Translations under genes and position numbers: made by a program | In this document: one piece after another, positions 1-11,730 of the stretch | Numbering within the stretch: position 1 is the stretch's first letter | Layout of the letters: each line of letters opens with the position of its first letter | Notes under the pieces: model-generated | Seen by the model: only the letters and a program-made list of their open reading frames with translations | The model's database searches: none | Told to the model about the DNA's origin: nothing | Source of the DNA: Hypanus sabinus | Taxonomy: Eukaryota | Reading direction: 5' to 3' | Length of the DNA stretch: 64,000 bases | Assembly: GCF_030144855.1 (NCBI RefSeq) | Contig: NC_082707.1 | Location: 26,660,001-26,724,000 of the forward strand

Positions 1-39
1 TTACAATATTACTCAAATATTATTGAAATATTAAACACC

Positions 40-586
40 CTACAGATATTGCCCAGTTCATTAGAGATAAAGACCTCCCCACTGCTAAGCACATCTATGA
101 GGAGTCCCATCACAGGAAGGTAGCGTCCATCATCCTGCACCCCCTCTGTTCAGGCCATGCTCTCTTCTTGCTACTGGCATCAGGAAGGAGGTACAGGAGC
201 CTCAAGACCCACACTACCAGGTTCAGGAACATTTAGTACCACTCAACTATCAGGCTCTTGAACTAGAATGGATATCTTCACTTAGCTTCACTCACCCAAT
301 TACTGAACTGTCCCCAGAAACAATTTCAAGGACTATCCATCTTATGTTCTCAATATTTATTGATTATTTATTTATTTATGATTATATTTTTCTTTTTGTA
401 TTTGCACTGTTTGTTTCTTTTTCTCACATTGTTTGTTTGTCCGTCCTGTTGGGTGCAGTCTTTCACTGATTCTACTGTGTTTCTTGTGTTTACTGTGAAT
501 GCCCAGAAGAAATTGAATCTCTGGGTTGTGGGGGTTGTATGTGGTGACATATGTACTTAGATGATAAATCTACTTTGAACTTTGAG
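40..586 (+). mobile_element. Rex1/Babar LINE 3' end fragment (RT C-terminus remnant, 3' UTR, (CTTTGAA)n tail)
   Basis: Contains the 'caggaaggaggtacaggagcctcaagacccacac..caggttcaggaac' block and 3' UTR shared with copies at 18650-19045, 22290-22810 and 36350-36690; ends in ctttgaactttga. Confidence 0.7.
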
Positions 587-1289
587 ATGACAGCGCACTC
601 TGAAGTAGTTCAGAAGAAGTGTTAAAGTGGCAATACAGGAATAACTATGAGAGAGAACTGTGAGCCCAAGAACATGGCAGCACGACTAGAAAGAATGATG
701 AAGGTCCTATCCATACCAGAACATTGCAAATTAGGAATGCCAGACTGAAGCTGGGATTGTGGATCAAGATTTAATGTGACAAGCGGTAGGGGTGTGCAGG
801 CATAGCAGAATCTCACTGTCAGAAAATAATACAGCAAGCTGCACAGCGGAGCTCATGGGGATAATGTCGCACAAGAGTAACTGCTCCACTAAAGTGTGTG
901 TATCTCAGATAAAGTGAGCTACAGCGTCAACACAGCATCAATTTTGTGTTTGGACTTAATGTAGTAGAAAAGGTGCATGCCCAAGAGGTTTCTGGCACAG
1001 ATAATAAGTGCCTGTGATGAATACTGAAATCATACAGAATGATAAATTTGCTTTTTTAATTCACCTGGTTTATTAGGTAATGTTATTTGTTAAAGGCAGT
1101 AGATATGTGAGAGAGTGCCATGAGCGTAAAACTAATACAACTCCAGGGTCGGCACCTTTGACAAAAAGGAATAGATTATCTTTCTCATTCATTTCACCTT
1201 GATTGATCAAATTGATTGTTCAGTGAAAAACGGGCAAATATACCGGAACATGCCGTGGTAAAGAAAGAGGTATTGTTGGAGCTCCTGAA

Positions 1290-2330
1290 AACATTAGGAA
1301 AGTTAGGTCTCCTGGGCTGGATAGGATATACCCCAGGTTACTATGGGAACTGAGGGAGAAGATTGCTGGGGCATTGAAGATGATATTTGGATTCTCCAAA
1401 AGGCAAATGAATGGTATCAGAGAGTTAGGGAATGGCAAATATTGTTTAGTCGTTTGAGAAGCTACGGATCTGTAAGTCTTACATCAGTGGTGGCAAACTG
1501 CTGAAGGGGATGTTAGGGTCAGGATTGACAAGCATTTAGAGAAGCAGTTATGTTAGGGAAGTCAGCATGTCTTTGAGAAGGGCAGGTCATGCCTCTTGAG
1601 TCTAATTGCGTATTTTGAGGAAATGATAAGACAAATTGATAAAAGTAGGGTGCTAGATGTACAGTATTTGAATTGTAGTAAGGTGTTTGACAAGGTTCCC
1701 ATTGACAACCTATGCACAGAAAGCTATGCGGCATGTGGTCCATGAAGACTTGGCTGTGTGGATTCAGAATTGGCTTACCCAGTAATGAGTGGTAGTCGAT
1801 GGAAAGTATTCTGCCTGGAGGTTGGTGACTACAGGTGTTTTGTATGGATCCATTATGAGGTCCCTGTATTTTGTAATTTTTATAAATGACTTGGATGAGA
1901 AAGTGGAAGGGTGGGCCAGTAAGTTTGCAAAAGCTGGAGGTGTGGAGGATAGAGTAGAAGATTCCTGAGGGTTACAACAAGATGTAGAAAGGACACAGAG
2001 TTGGCAGAAAAGTGACTGACGAATTTAATCTCAAAAATTGTGAAGTGACACACCTGGACAGTTCAAACATGAAGGCCAAATAACAGACCAATGGCAGGAT
2101 TGTTAGTAGTGTGGAGCAACAGAAATCCAATTTCACAGATCCCTCAGAGTTGCCATGCAAATTGTTAGGGTGGTTAAGAAGGCCTGTGGTGTACCAGCCT
2201 TTATTAGAAGGGGGACTGCTTTAACAATGTTTAAGAGACTCTTAGATAGAAGCAGGGATGTGAGAAGAACGGAGTTTTATGGGCTGTGTAGGAGGAAAGG
2301 GTTGGTTTGTCATGGAAATGGTTTGTATAG
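1290..2330 (+). mobile_element. Degraded CR1 LINE ORF2 (RT) fragment
   Basis: Translatable remnants SPGLDRIYPRLLWELREKIAGAL, SLTSVV, KVFDKVP, FINDLDEKVEGWASKFA; many stops and frameshifts. Confidence 0.85.
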
Positions 2331-2859
2331 GTTTGCACAGCATCACGGGATTACTGTTCTATCATGGGCTTACTGCTCTATGTTTTTCAGTGGCAGCAGC
2401 AACACCCACCCACTCAACACCGCCACACGTTTATATTTTCCAAGGATGCATATGCTTACTTAAAAGAAGCTACAACGATGCAGTACATGACCAGTCACAG
2501 CTGGAGTTGCACATTACTCTTCAATTTGTACAAACTATTGTTTGTCTCCAACCTCCATCCCTTACAAGTATCTGACAGTCCATCTGTCTCATCACAATTC
2601 TTTGAAACAAATGAGAAATGTGGCACACCATTAGATGGACTCTCAGTCTGCCTTGCACTGTCTTGTCAGTTTACACGGCATTTTCTCTGTAACTGCTACA
2701 GTTTATTTTGCATTCTGATATTTCTTTTTGTCCCCTTGGATTACCTTACAGTACTGAAATGACCTGTGTGGATGCCATCCAAACCCAAGTTTTCTTACTG
2801 AATTTCAGTACACGTGAAATTAGTAAACCTATTTACAATTTTCTAATATGATGCAGGGT

Positions 2860-3375
2860 TTATGGGATGTCCGGGGAGGGATAGTAGCTCAAGTGAAGGG
2901 ACTTGACCTGTCCATTCTGAGGCAGCTCACTCACATTTTTGTCCCCACCAGACACTCCATGTAGCTGCTTGGCCACACCGCTTCAACTGGTGAGCTAAAT
3001 CAGGTGAGGGTAGCCGGTGGGCCTCGTCGGGCCATGCCCGTCCTCGCAAATGAAGTCAGCTCCAATGGACTGGGTGGCCGGGATCAATAGTGAGATCCAG
3101 CAACCTGAATGGCGGCCCTGCAGCCCTCCGTGGAGAGCAAAGGGCGTGGCAAGGCGCAGACGAAGTCACGGTCATCCGGTGCAACCAAGGAAGACTTGAG
3201 TTGTGATGACTGCTGGCACCACTGGAATCGGACTTCCGAGGTCGAGAGTGGAACTGTCCCAGCGAGGTAGCCCTCCCACTTTAAAATCCTTCCTGCGCAG
3301 GTTTCTTCTTGCAGCTTACCTTCGAATGCACAACAGAAGAACTGCATAAATCTAACTGTCATCATCGGAGAACTA
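2860..3375 (+). mobile_element. GC-rich interspersed repeat, probably an RTE-clade LINE 5' UTR or non-autonomous derivative
   Basis: Abrupt GC/CpG-rich block without a credible ORF; resembles RTE 5' regions by recognition only. Confidence 0.4.
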
Positions 3376-3709
3376 ATCAAATTAATCAAATTAATGAACT
3401 CCCAGAAGACTGGCAAAGAGCTGACAGTACCTAGATTTAAGAAAGGAAGCACACCAATCACTGGTTGCAGAGAAAGAATAATAGAATTCCTAATTTGATC
3501 TGGAGATAGAACAGTAAAGCAATAAATAATCATATTATCAAAGGGAAAGTTTTGCTTGGATATATCTGAGTTTTTTTAAAGAGGCATTAGAAAGAATAGA
3601 CAAAAACAATATACAGAATGGAAGGTATTTGGATTTCTACAAGGTCTGTGACAAGAAATTAGTGAATAAGCACACAGGGCCTGCTTTGAACAGCAGAAAT
3701 GGTGAACTA

Positions 3710-3930
3710 GAGACACATGATTGCAGATGCTGGAAATCTGGAGCAACACACAAAGATATTAGAGGAATTCAGCAGGTCAGGCAGCATCAATGAGAAAAGT
3801 ACAATCGACATTTTGGGTTGAGACTCTTTAGCAGTCCTGCCGAAGAGTCTCAGTCTGAAATCTCGACTGTAATTTTTTTCATTGATGCTGCCTGGCCTGC
3901 TGAGTTCCTCCTGCACTTTTTGTGTGTAGC
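3710..3930. mobile_element. Palindromic Penelope-derived element (inverted pLTR pair) with two degenerate hammerhead motifs back to back
   Basis: Arms gaggaattcagcaggtcaggcagcatcaatga and tcattgatgctgcctggcctgctgagttcctc are reverse complements; the centre reads cagtc-ctgccga-agagtctcagtct-gaaa-tctc-gactg. Confidence 0.7.
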
Positions 3931-4169
3931 TTTATATTTCCTTGGGTTGAAAGTGTTACATAAAAACAAGTTATTGGAACAACTGCAATTTTTTTATTGA
4001 AATCCTAATCTGAAGAACTGACAAGCCTCCAGTATTCGGTCAACACAGCAGTACTGAAACAAAGCTTTCCGAAACCTCCCAGATTGCCGGGATCTAATTA
4101 CAAAGCAGAAATTCACAGCAGGTCAACGAGTCAGCAATGCCGGCTTGGTCAGAGCAGTAAACAGGAGTT

Positions 4170-4465
4170 GGTTGGAAAGGTGGCCTAACCTGGGGTTAGA
4201 GGACTGTGCATGTGTGTGTGGTTTGGTGAGTGATGGGGAGGAAAGTGACTTGTTTCACTGCTGTTGTATTGTTGCCCGGTATGTTCTGTTTTGCTAAGTT
4301 CTGTGTTGTTCTGACGAGCTTGATAAGCACGGTATGTTCATGCTGGAATGTATGGTAAAACTTGTGGGCTACCCCCACCCAGCACCTCTTTGGTTGTTAA
4401 CGCAAACATGCAAACAACACATTTCACTGTATATTTTGATGGGCATGTGATAATCTGATTCTGAA
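4170..4465 (+). mobile_element. Non-autonomous SINE-like repeat with a Rex-type (TCTGAT)n tail
   Basis: 3' part shared with 49800-49895; ends in tctgattctga. Confidence 0.45.
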
Positions 4466-4909
4466 GTTACTATGAATACCATAACTACTAATCATTCTAT
4501 ACATTCTGAATGGCCTAGTTTGGCATTTATGTGAGTATTTGGTGACAATAATTTTGTGGAAAGTTTATTCCATTATCATAGGTGTCAAATATTTTCACCG
4601 CCTCTTGTCCAATTTGGCCTCCATTAGCCTCTGGAAGTTTAACTGAACAAAAACCTTGTTGCCTGATGCATAAGGTTGCTCTGACATACCCTGGTATCTG
4701 ACTCAGTCTGCAACACTTTGCCTTTGGGAAACAAATTCCCCACTAAAGACATCAGCACAAGACCATTGCGGTGAAACTCCTGTCCAGTACTAGGGCAGTA
4801 TGGAATTCCACACAAGGATTCTTTAGCAAAGAGCACTGCAGAGAATGCATCAGTGAAATAAGATGGGAATCTGTAGATTTTTAAATAAATCTAAGAATGT
4901 GGGGTTATT

Positions 4910-5117
4910 CATACAAAATGCTGGAGGAAATCAGTAGGACAAGCAGCATCTATGGAGAGGAATAAACAGTCGATGTTTCAGCTCCTTTCATCAGTCTTGG
5001 CTTGAAACGAGAACTGCCTATTCCTCTCTGTAGAAGATGCCTGACCTGCTGAGTTCCTCCAGCATTTTGTATGCATTTCTCTGGATATCCAACAACTGCA
5101 GAATCTCTTGCGTTTAT
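4910..5117. mobile_element. Palindromic Penelope-derived element (second copy)
   Basis: catacaaaatgctggagg...cctccagcattttgtatg inverted arms; partly deleted hammerhead centre. Confidence 0.7.
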
Positions 5118-6004
5118 GTTATGCAGGGTTACTGCTTACACAAATAAGAGACACAAAGGTCTTTTCCTGCTTCTATGACTTGTGTTCCTGTACACTGGTG
5201 GGCTATCCTTTGTCTGCTTCTCTGCCTTAGTCTTGGCAATCCAAGTCCTGTTTTCTGAAGTCCCTACTTAGGAAGCTGTGTATATTTAATCTTCAAGCAC
5301 AAGATCTCAGTGCATCCATTCTATTGGAACCTGATGCTTTTATGATCCAAAGGTTCATCTGAAGTAAAAAATGTTGCATAAAACTTATTGTTTATAACCA
5401 TTTTATTAAATGTTACAAGAACAAAGAATGGACAAAGAGAGAGCTGAGAGAACAAAGAAGAGATGAACAAAATGTAGTTGAGGTTGTCTTACACTCTGAC
5501 TAGAGATAAAGAAATTCCAGCAATAACAATCAGCTTATATAATAGCCGGATTCAAGTAGTGTCAAACCTGCTATTGAAATCTAAGAAATTTTTAGAAAAA
5601 TGCAGAAGGAAATGTATCGTAATTATTGAAAAATCACTAAACAATTATATAAACACATGAGCAAGTGCAGGTAAATTAAGCTACAATAAAAATACAAGGA
5701 AAATATTAATTCTACATCCCAATCCAACTATTCCTAGCATGCTCCGTAAGTATTTCTAGGTCAGAAGTACAATAAATAATTGAAAGGCTCCAGCTTCAAG
5801 TATTTTTCCTTTCTTACAGCTCCTGTCTTTTCACTGATTTTTTTTTAATCATCTAAAGGTTGCCTGTTATTGTGAAGGCAAAATCATCAGCAGGAGAATT
5901 TGAAAAATAGCTGGTGTCTACGAATAGATGCCCCATGTACCCTGATAGTTTGTGGCTGCAGGGTGTGGGGGTGTCAGCGGAACAAAAAAATGTACTCCCA
6001 GTCT

Positions 6005-6018
6005 CCACAAGGTGGCAG
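6005..6018 (+). promoter_or_regulatory. Candidate CTCF core motif in unique DNA
   Basis: CCACAAGGTGGCAG versus the CTCF core CCASYAGRKGGCRS. Confidence 0.35.
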
Positions 6019-6845
6019 GAGAGTGCTATTCTTGTTAGAACCCTCCCCCAACCATCCCTTGCCATTGGCACACTTCTCTGCAGCAACAAATCTGCAAACT
6101 CTTAAATGTGCGCTTTATTCCCAGACCAGGGAGCCAGCCAAACGACAACTCTGATTGGATGCTTTGTGCAAGAAAGAGCAGTTAAACAACCTATGGTGTC
6201 TGATATACTGAATAATTAGCTAATGTTTGAGATCATGAGGAAGTGAATGTAGCAGCAATTGATTGTCTCTGTGTTTTCTCTGCTCTATCACAAGGCTTAC
6301 GGGCAGAGTTGTTTTGGTGATGGGAGAGAGTCTTCCTTTGATTTTTTTCCTCTCCTTTTCTCTCAGCAGTCCTGCTTACCTGCCAGTCACAACCTGAGAG
6401 ATACGTTCAGGTGATTTGGATGATATTAATACTGGGAAAGCATCATTCACTCTCTGATGTTCATACTCATTTGGGCCTGAGCCAGAGACACTGCACAAAG
6501 CTCTTAGTTGAACTAAAGTAATACTCCCAGTAAAGGTGCTTTCACTGTGTTGCTGGATGGGGAGTTCCAGGACTTAGAACCAGCAACACTAAAGAGCAAT
6601 GGTACCTCCAAGAGGAGAACTCAGAAGACGATGCTCCCATGCCCCTATGGTTCTTGTCCTCCTTACTACTAGAAATCAATTGTTTCTATTTCCATATTTG
6701 CAGTTTGACTTGTTGAGTATTCTTATCATGTTTAAATCAGTTCATTTTTTTTTACCAGGATCAGAACTGCTTTGCATATCTATGTAAGTACAGCTCAGCA
6801 TTCAACACAATCATCCCTCAGAAACTGATTGGAAAGCTGAGCCTA

Positions 6846-7587
6846 ATGGGCCTGAACACCTCCCTCTGCAACTGGATCCTAGACTTCCTGACTGGGAGAC
6901 CACAGTCAGTCCGGATCGGGAGCAGCATCTCCAACACCATCACACTGAGCACAGGGGCCCCCCAGGGCTGCGTGCTCAGTCCACTGCTGTTCACTCTGCT
7001 GACCCACGACTGTGCTGCAACACACAGATTGAACCATATCATCAAGTTCGCCAATGACATGACTGTGGTGGGTCTCATCAGCAAGAACGACGAGTCAGCT
7101 TACAGAGAGGAGGAACAGCAGCTAACAGACTGGTGCAGCGCCAACAACCTATTTCTGAATGTGAACAAAACAAAAGAGATGGTTGTTGACTTCAGGAGGA
7201 CACGGAGCGACCACTCCCCACTGAACATCGACGGCTCCTCGGTAGAGATCGTAAAGAGCACCAAATTTCTTGGTGTTCACCTGACGGAGAATCTCACCTG
7301 GTCCCTCAGCACCAGCTCCATAGCAAAGAAAGCCCAGCAGCATCTCTACTTTCTGCGAAGGCTGCAGAAAGTCCCATCCTCCATCCTCATCACATTCTAC
7401 AGGGGTTGTATTGAGAGCGTCCTGAGCAGCTGCATCACTGCCTGGTTCAGAAATTGTACCATCTCGGATCTCAAGACCCTGCAGCGGATAGTGAGGTCAG
7501 CTGAGAAGATCATCGGGGTCTCTCTTCCCGCCATTACGGACATTTACCCCACATGCTGCATCCGCAAAGCAAACAGCATTGTGAAGG
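6846..7587 (+). pseudogene. Rex1/Babar reverse transcriptase C-terminal ORF (interrupted by an LTR)
   Basis: Open 247-codon stretch with non-LTR RT motifs; the last residues of the track ORF come from the LTR. Confidence 0.9.
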
Positions 7588-7790
7588 TGATATACTATCA
7601 ATAACTCCAAAAGACTGGAAATAGAGTAAATACTGAAAAGCTTTTATTCGCAGTAAAATGGAGCACGTCCATGCTGGGTGACTGTGGGAGGAGCAGAGAC
7701 ACAATCACCTTTATCCAGGGGACTGTGGAAGGAGCCACAGGAGCAGTCAGCAGAGGGGCATGTCCAGACAGATATACATGGTTTACCACT
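7588..7790 (-). repeat. 3' LTR (203 bp) of the Gypsy element
   Basis: Direct repeat of 11731-11925; the terminal base next to the PPT is mutated (+ strand ...accact instead of ...accaca). Confidence 0.95.
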
Positions 7791-7806
7791 TTCACCCCTC
7801 ATTTTT
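7791..7806 (-). other. Polypurine tract of the Gypsy element
   Basis: Minus strand reads AAAAATGAGGGGTGAA immediately before the 3' LTR. Confidence 0.8.
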
Positions 7807-7871
7807 AAAAAGAGAGTCCTGCGGGGTGAAGTGACTGACAATATTTAAGACAAGTATATTTACAGGTCAAG

Positions 7872-10830
7872 TCAATCAGGCGGTCGAGTCTGTCGCTGCG
7901 ATCTATGTAGCACCGGTGGTGATTGCACCAGCGACGGTGGTTGTGCTGGCTCCGGCCTGACTTGAGGTGCCAGCCCGTTAGGCATCAGTAATCCCTCATG
8001 CATGTGCGTTGCGCCCAGTATGAGAGTGTTGTGAGGTGTCTGTGTAGGGCTTGGAGTGCATGGTGTCTCGTGGGTATATACATCAGTGGGTACGGGGTTC
8101 ATAGTCACCGTGGAATGTTCGGGGTAGGGGTCTGGTTCTCCTGCAGGTGCCAGGTCGCAGATGGAGACCGTGTCCTCCCACCCATCAGGTAAGACCACAT
8201 AGGCATACTGGGGGTTCGCATGAAGTAGGTGAACCCTCTCGACCATCGGGGGGTATTTATTGCTCCTCGCATGTTTCCGAAGCAGCACTGGCCCTGGGGA
8301 CGTCAGCCAAGCCGGTAGGGTGGTCCCGGTGGTCGACTTCCTGGGAAAAGAAAAGAGTCGCTCATGAGGGGTGGCATTGGTGGACGTGTATAACAGAGAG
8401 CGGATGGAGTGGAGCGCCTCGGGGAGGACCTCCTGCCAGTGAGAGACCGGCAATCCCTTTGACCTAAGGGCTAAGAGTGTGGCATTCTCCCTCTCCACCT
8501 GTCCATTCCCCCAGGGATTATAGCTCGTGGCCCTACTAGTTGCAATACCCCTAGCCAGCAGGTACTGGCGTAGCTCGTCATTCATAAACGAGGACCCTCT
8601 ATCACTGTGGATATAGCAGGGATATCCGAACAGAGTGAAGAGCTGGCACAGGGCTTTTATGACGGACGTGGCAGTGGTGTCGGGGCAGGGGATGGTGAGG
8701 GGGAACTGCGAGTACTCGTCGATTACATTGAGAAAGTACACATTGCGGTCGGTGGAGGGAAGGGGGCCTTAAAGTCGACACTCAGTTGCTCAAAGGGTCG
8801 GGTGGCCTTGACAAGTTGCGCCTTTTTAGGTCAGTAGAAGTGAGGTTTGCACTCAGCGCAGACTTGGCAGTCCCTGGTCATCGTCCTGATTTCCTCAAGG
8901 GAGTAAGGCAGGCTTTGGGCTTTCACAAAGTGGAAAAGCCGGGTGACCCCTGGGTGGCAAAGATCTGCATGGAGGGCATATAGCTGGTCGAGCTGCGCGC
9001 TGGCACACATTCCCCGGGATAGGGCATCAGGGGGCTCATTGGGCCTTCCAGGTCTGTACATGATGTCATAGTTGTAGGTAGAGAGTTCAATTCTCCACCT
9101 CAAAATTTTATCATTTTAAATTTTGCCCAGTTGTTGGTTGCTAAACATGAACGCGACTAAGCGCTGGTCGGGCAGCAGGGTGAACTTTTTGCCGGCAAGA
9201 TAGTGCCTCCAGTGCCTAATAGCTTCCACTATGGCCTGGGCTTCTTTCTCCACAGCGGAGAGCCAAATTTCAGGGCCTTGAAGGGGACGAGAGAAGAATG
9301 CTACCGGCCTTCCTGCCTGATTGAGGGTAGTAGCCAGCGCGAAGTCAGAGGCGTCACTCTCTACTTGGAAGGGAATGGTCTCATCCACTGCATGCATCAT
9401 TGCTTTGGCTGAAGGCCGCGCAGGCCTCGGCTGAGAGAGGAAATGTGGTGGACTTGACCGGGGGTGGGCCTTGACTGCGTAGTGAGGGATCCATTGGGTG
9501 TAATAGAAAAAGAAGCCCAGGCACCTTTTGAGGATTCTGGGTGTGTTGGGAAGAGGGAGTTCCAACAGGGGGCACATATGGTCGGGATTAGGACCAATGA
9601 CCCTGTTCTCCATGACATACCCAAGGATAGCAAGTTGGGTGGTTCCGAACACACACTTGTCCCTGTTATAGGTAAGGTTAAAAGCTTTGTCTGCTTGGAA
9701 AAATCATTGGAAGTTGGTGTTGTGATCCTGCCAGTCGTGACCGCAGATGGTGATGTTATCCAGATATGGGAACGTGGCCTTCAGTTGCCATTGGTCCATC
9801 ATCCGGTCCAGTTCCCTCTGGAAGACAGAGACACCATTCGTGACGCCAAAGGGGACGCGCAGGAAGTGATCAAGCCTGCCGTCCGCCTCGAAGGCGGTGT
9901 AGGGGTGGTCCTCCGGGCAGATGGGGAACTGGTGGTAAGCGGATTTTAGGTCATGGTCGAGTACACCTTGTACGGAGCTATCTGATTGACCATATCCGCG
10001 ATGCGGGGTAGGGGGTACGTATCAATCTCTGTGAACCTATTGATGATCTGGCTATAGTCTACGACCATCCTATTTTTCTGCCTGGTCTGAACAACGACCA
10101 CCTGGGCCCTCCAAGGACTTGTGCTTGGCTCAATGATCCCCTCCCTGAGCAGCCGCTGCACCTCTGACTGAATGACGGCCCTGTCCCCCGCGCTGTACCC
10201 CCTGCTTTTAGTTTACAGTCGGGGGTCAGGTTGGCGAACAGCGGTGGGGGAGGGATCTTGAGGGTGGAGAGGCTGCAAGTGGTGTCCGTAGCACGGCTGT
10301 TGGCATGGTGCTGGGTGGGATGTGCAGGTCGGTGTGTGTGTGTGTGTGGTCTGTAGCGGGGTATGTGATGAATTCCCACAGAACTGGGGATTTCTGACAG
10401 TGATTGGTGGGTGGGCCCGTCATACTCCATTGTCACACTTTTCAGGTGGCTCTGGAAGTCGAGCCCCAATAGCACAGGGGCACACAGTTGAGGCATGACC
10501 AGTAGCACAAAGTTCCGATATTCTGTGCCCTGCACCACTAGTGTTGCTACACACTCCGCCCCCCCGGATGTCTGTGTCTGTTATATGTGACCCAGAAGCC
10601 ATGGCGACCCTCTGGCTTACTGGCCGTGTCACGAGTCCACAGCGTTGCACTGTTTTTGGGGGGATAAAGCTCTCCGTGCTGCCCGTGTCAGACAGGCAGC
10701 TTGTCCTGCACCTCTCCACCAGGATGTCCATCATTGACCTTGCGAGCTGGTGAGGGGCGCTTTGGTCGAGGTTCACGGAGGCCAGAGTTGAATCGCTGTC
10801 TTGGTCCGGTGCGGTGGGATGCCCGGTAAG
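7872..10830 (-). pseudogene. pol: Gypsy pol (protease, RT, RNase H, integrase), frameshifted
   Basis: PR CLSDTGSTESFI; RT SPWRAQVVVV, RMVVDYSQ, YPLPRI, FPYLDNI; RH VESDASD, EKEAQAIV; IN HHCC (HADLCHPG..CQVC) and DDE core (IHSDRGSSF, GNGQVEREN). Confidence 0.95.
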
Positions 10831-10979
10831 CACCCGTAGGACATAGGTGGCGCAAGGAGGTGCCGACCAAGATGGCCGCCCCCATGCCTCGCACGCGGCA
10901 TGGGCAGGCAAGATGGTGATGGCCAAGATGGCGACCCCCATGCCTCGCTCGCGGCGCTGCTCGATCCCACTCACGGTTT

Positions 10980-11705
10980 GGACTTACAGGACTTGGCGAA
11001 GTGGCCCTTCTTCCCGCAGCTGGAGCAGGTCACTTCTCGGGCCGGGCAGCTTTTTCGGGGGTGCTTCTCGAGTCTGCAGAAGTAACACTTCGCGGACTCG
11101 CAACTGGCAGCAGCCGTGGTCGATTTGCCAGTGGGTTATGGGGTCTGCAGCGTCTATGAGGCTGTCAGGAGATCGTGTGCCTGGAGAGCATCAGAGTTGT
11201 GCAGAGCAGCCTCCAGCATGTCGGCCAGATCAATTGCCGAATGTAAGGTAAGATCGGTGTGTTCTAGCAGCCGCTGGCACACGTACATTGACCTGATCCC
11301 TGTGACAAAGGCATCTCTTACTAGGAACTCCGCAATCTGTTCGGCCATCAGTCCCCGGCAATCGCAAGCCCGCACGATTGCCTGTAGGCCCAGACAAACT
11401 CAGCGCTCAACTCTCCGGCCTGCTGCCGCCGCGTCGCTAAGCGATGCCTTGCATAGATGTTATTTACCGGCCGCAGGAATTGTCTTCTGAGGGTTCTCAT
11501 CACGCCGTCGTATCTCGGTTGGTCTCTAATCATCGAGTAGACCCGTGGTCTGATCCTGGAGAGGAGAACTCTGCGCAGCGGACTCGGTCACTTCAATCTC
11601 CTCCAGGTATGATTCGAAGCAGGCTAGCCAGAGCTCAAAAGTGTTGCTGGCCTCAGGTGTTCGCGGGTCGATGTCCAATTTGTCGGGTCTCAAAACGCTC
11701 TCCAT
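10980..11705 (-). pseudogene. gag: Gypsy gag with two zinc knuckles, frameshifted
   Basis: ATG at 11705 gives MESVLRPDKLDIDPRTPEASNTFELWLACFESYL; RDAFVTGI; CYFCRLEKHPRKSCPAREVTCSSCGKKGHFAKSC at ~10986-11087. Confidence 0.9.
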
Positions 11706-11730
11706 GCTTTAAAATTACTTCTAATAAAAT

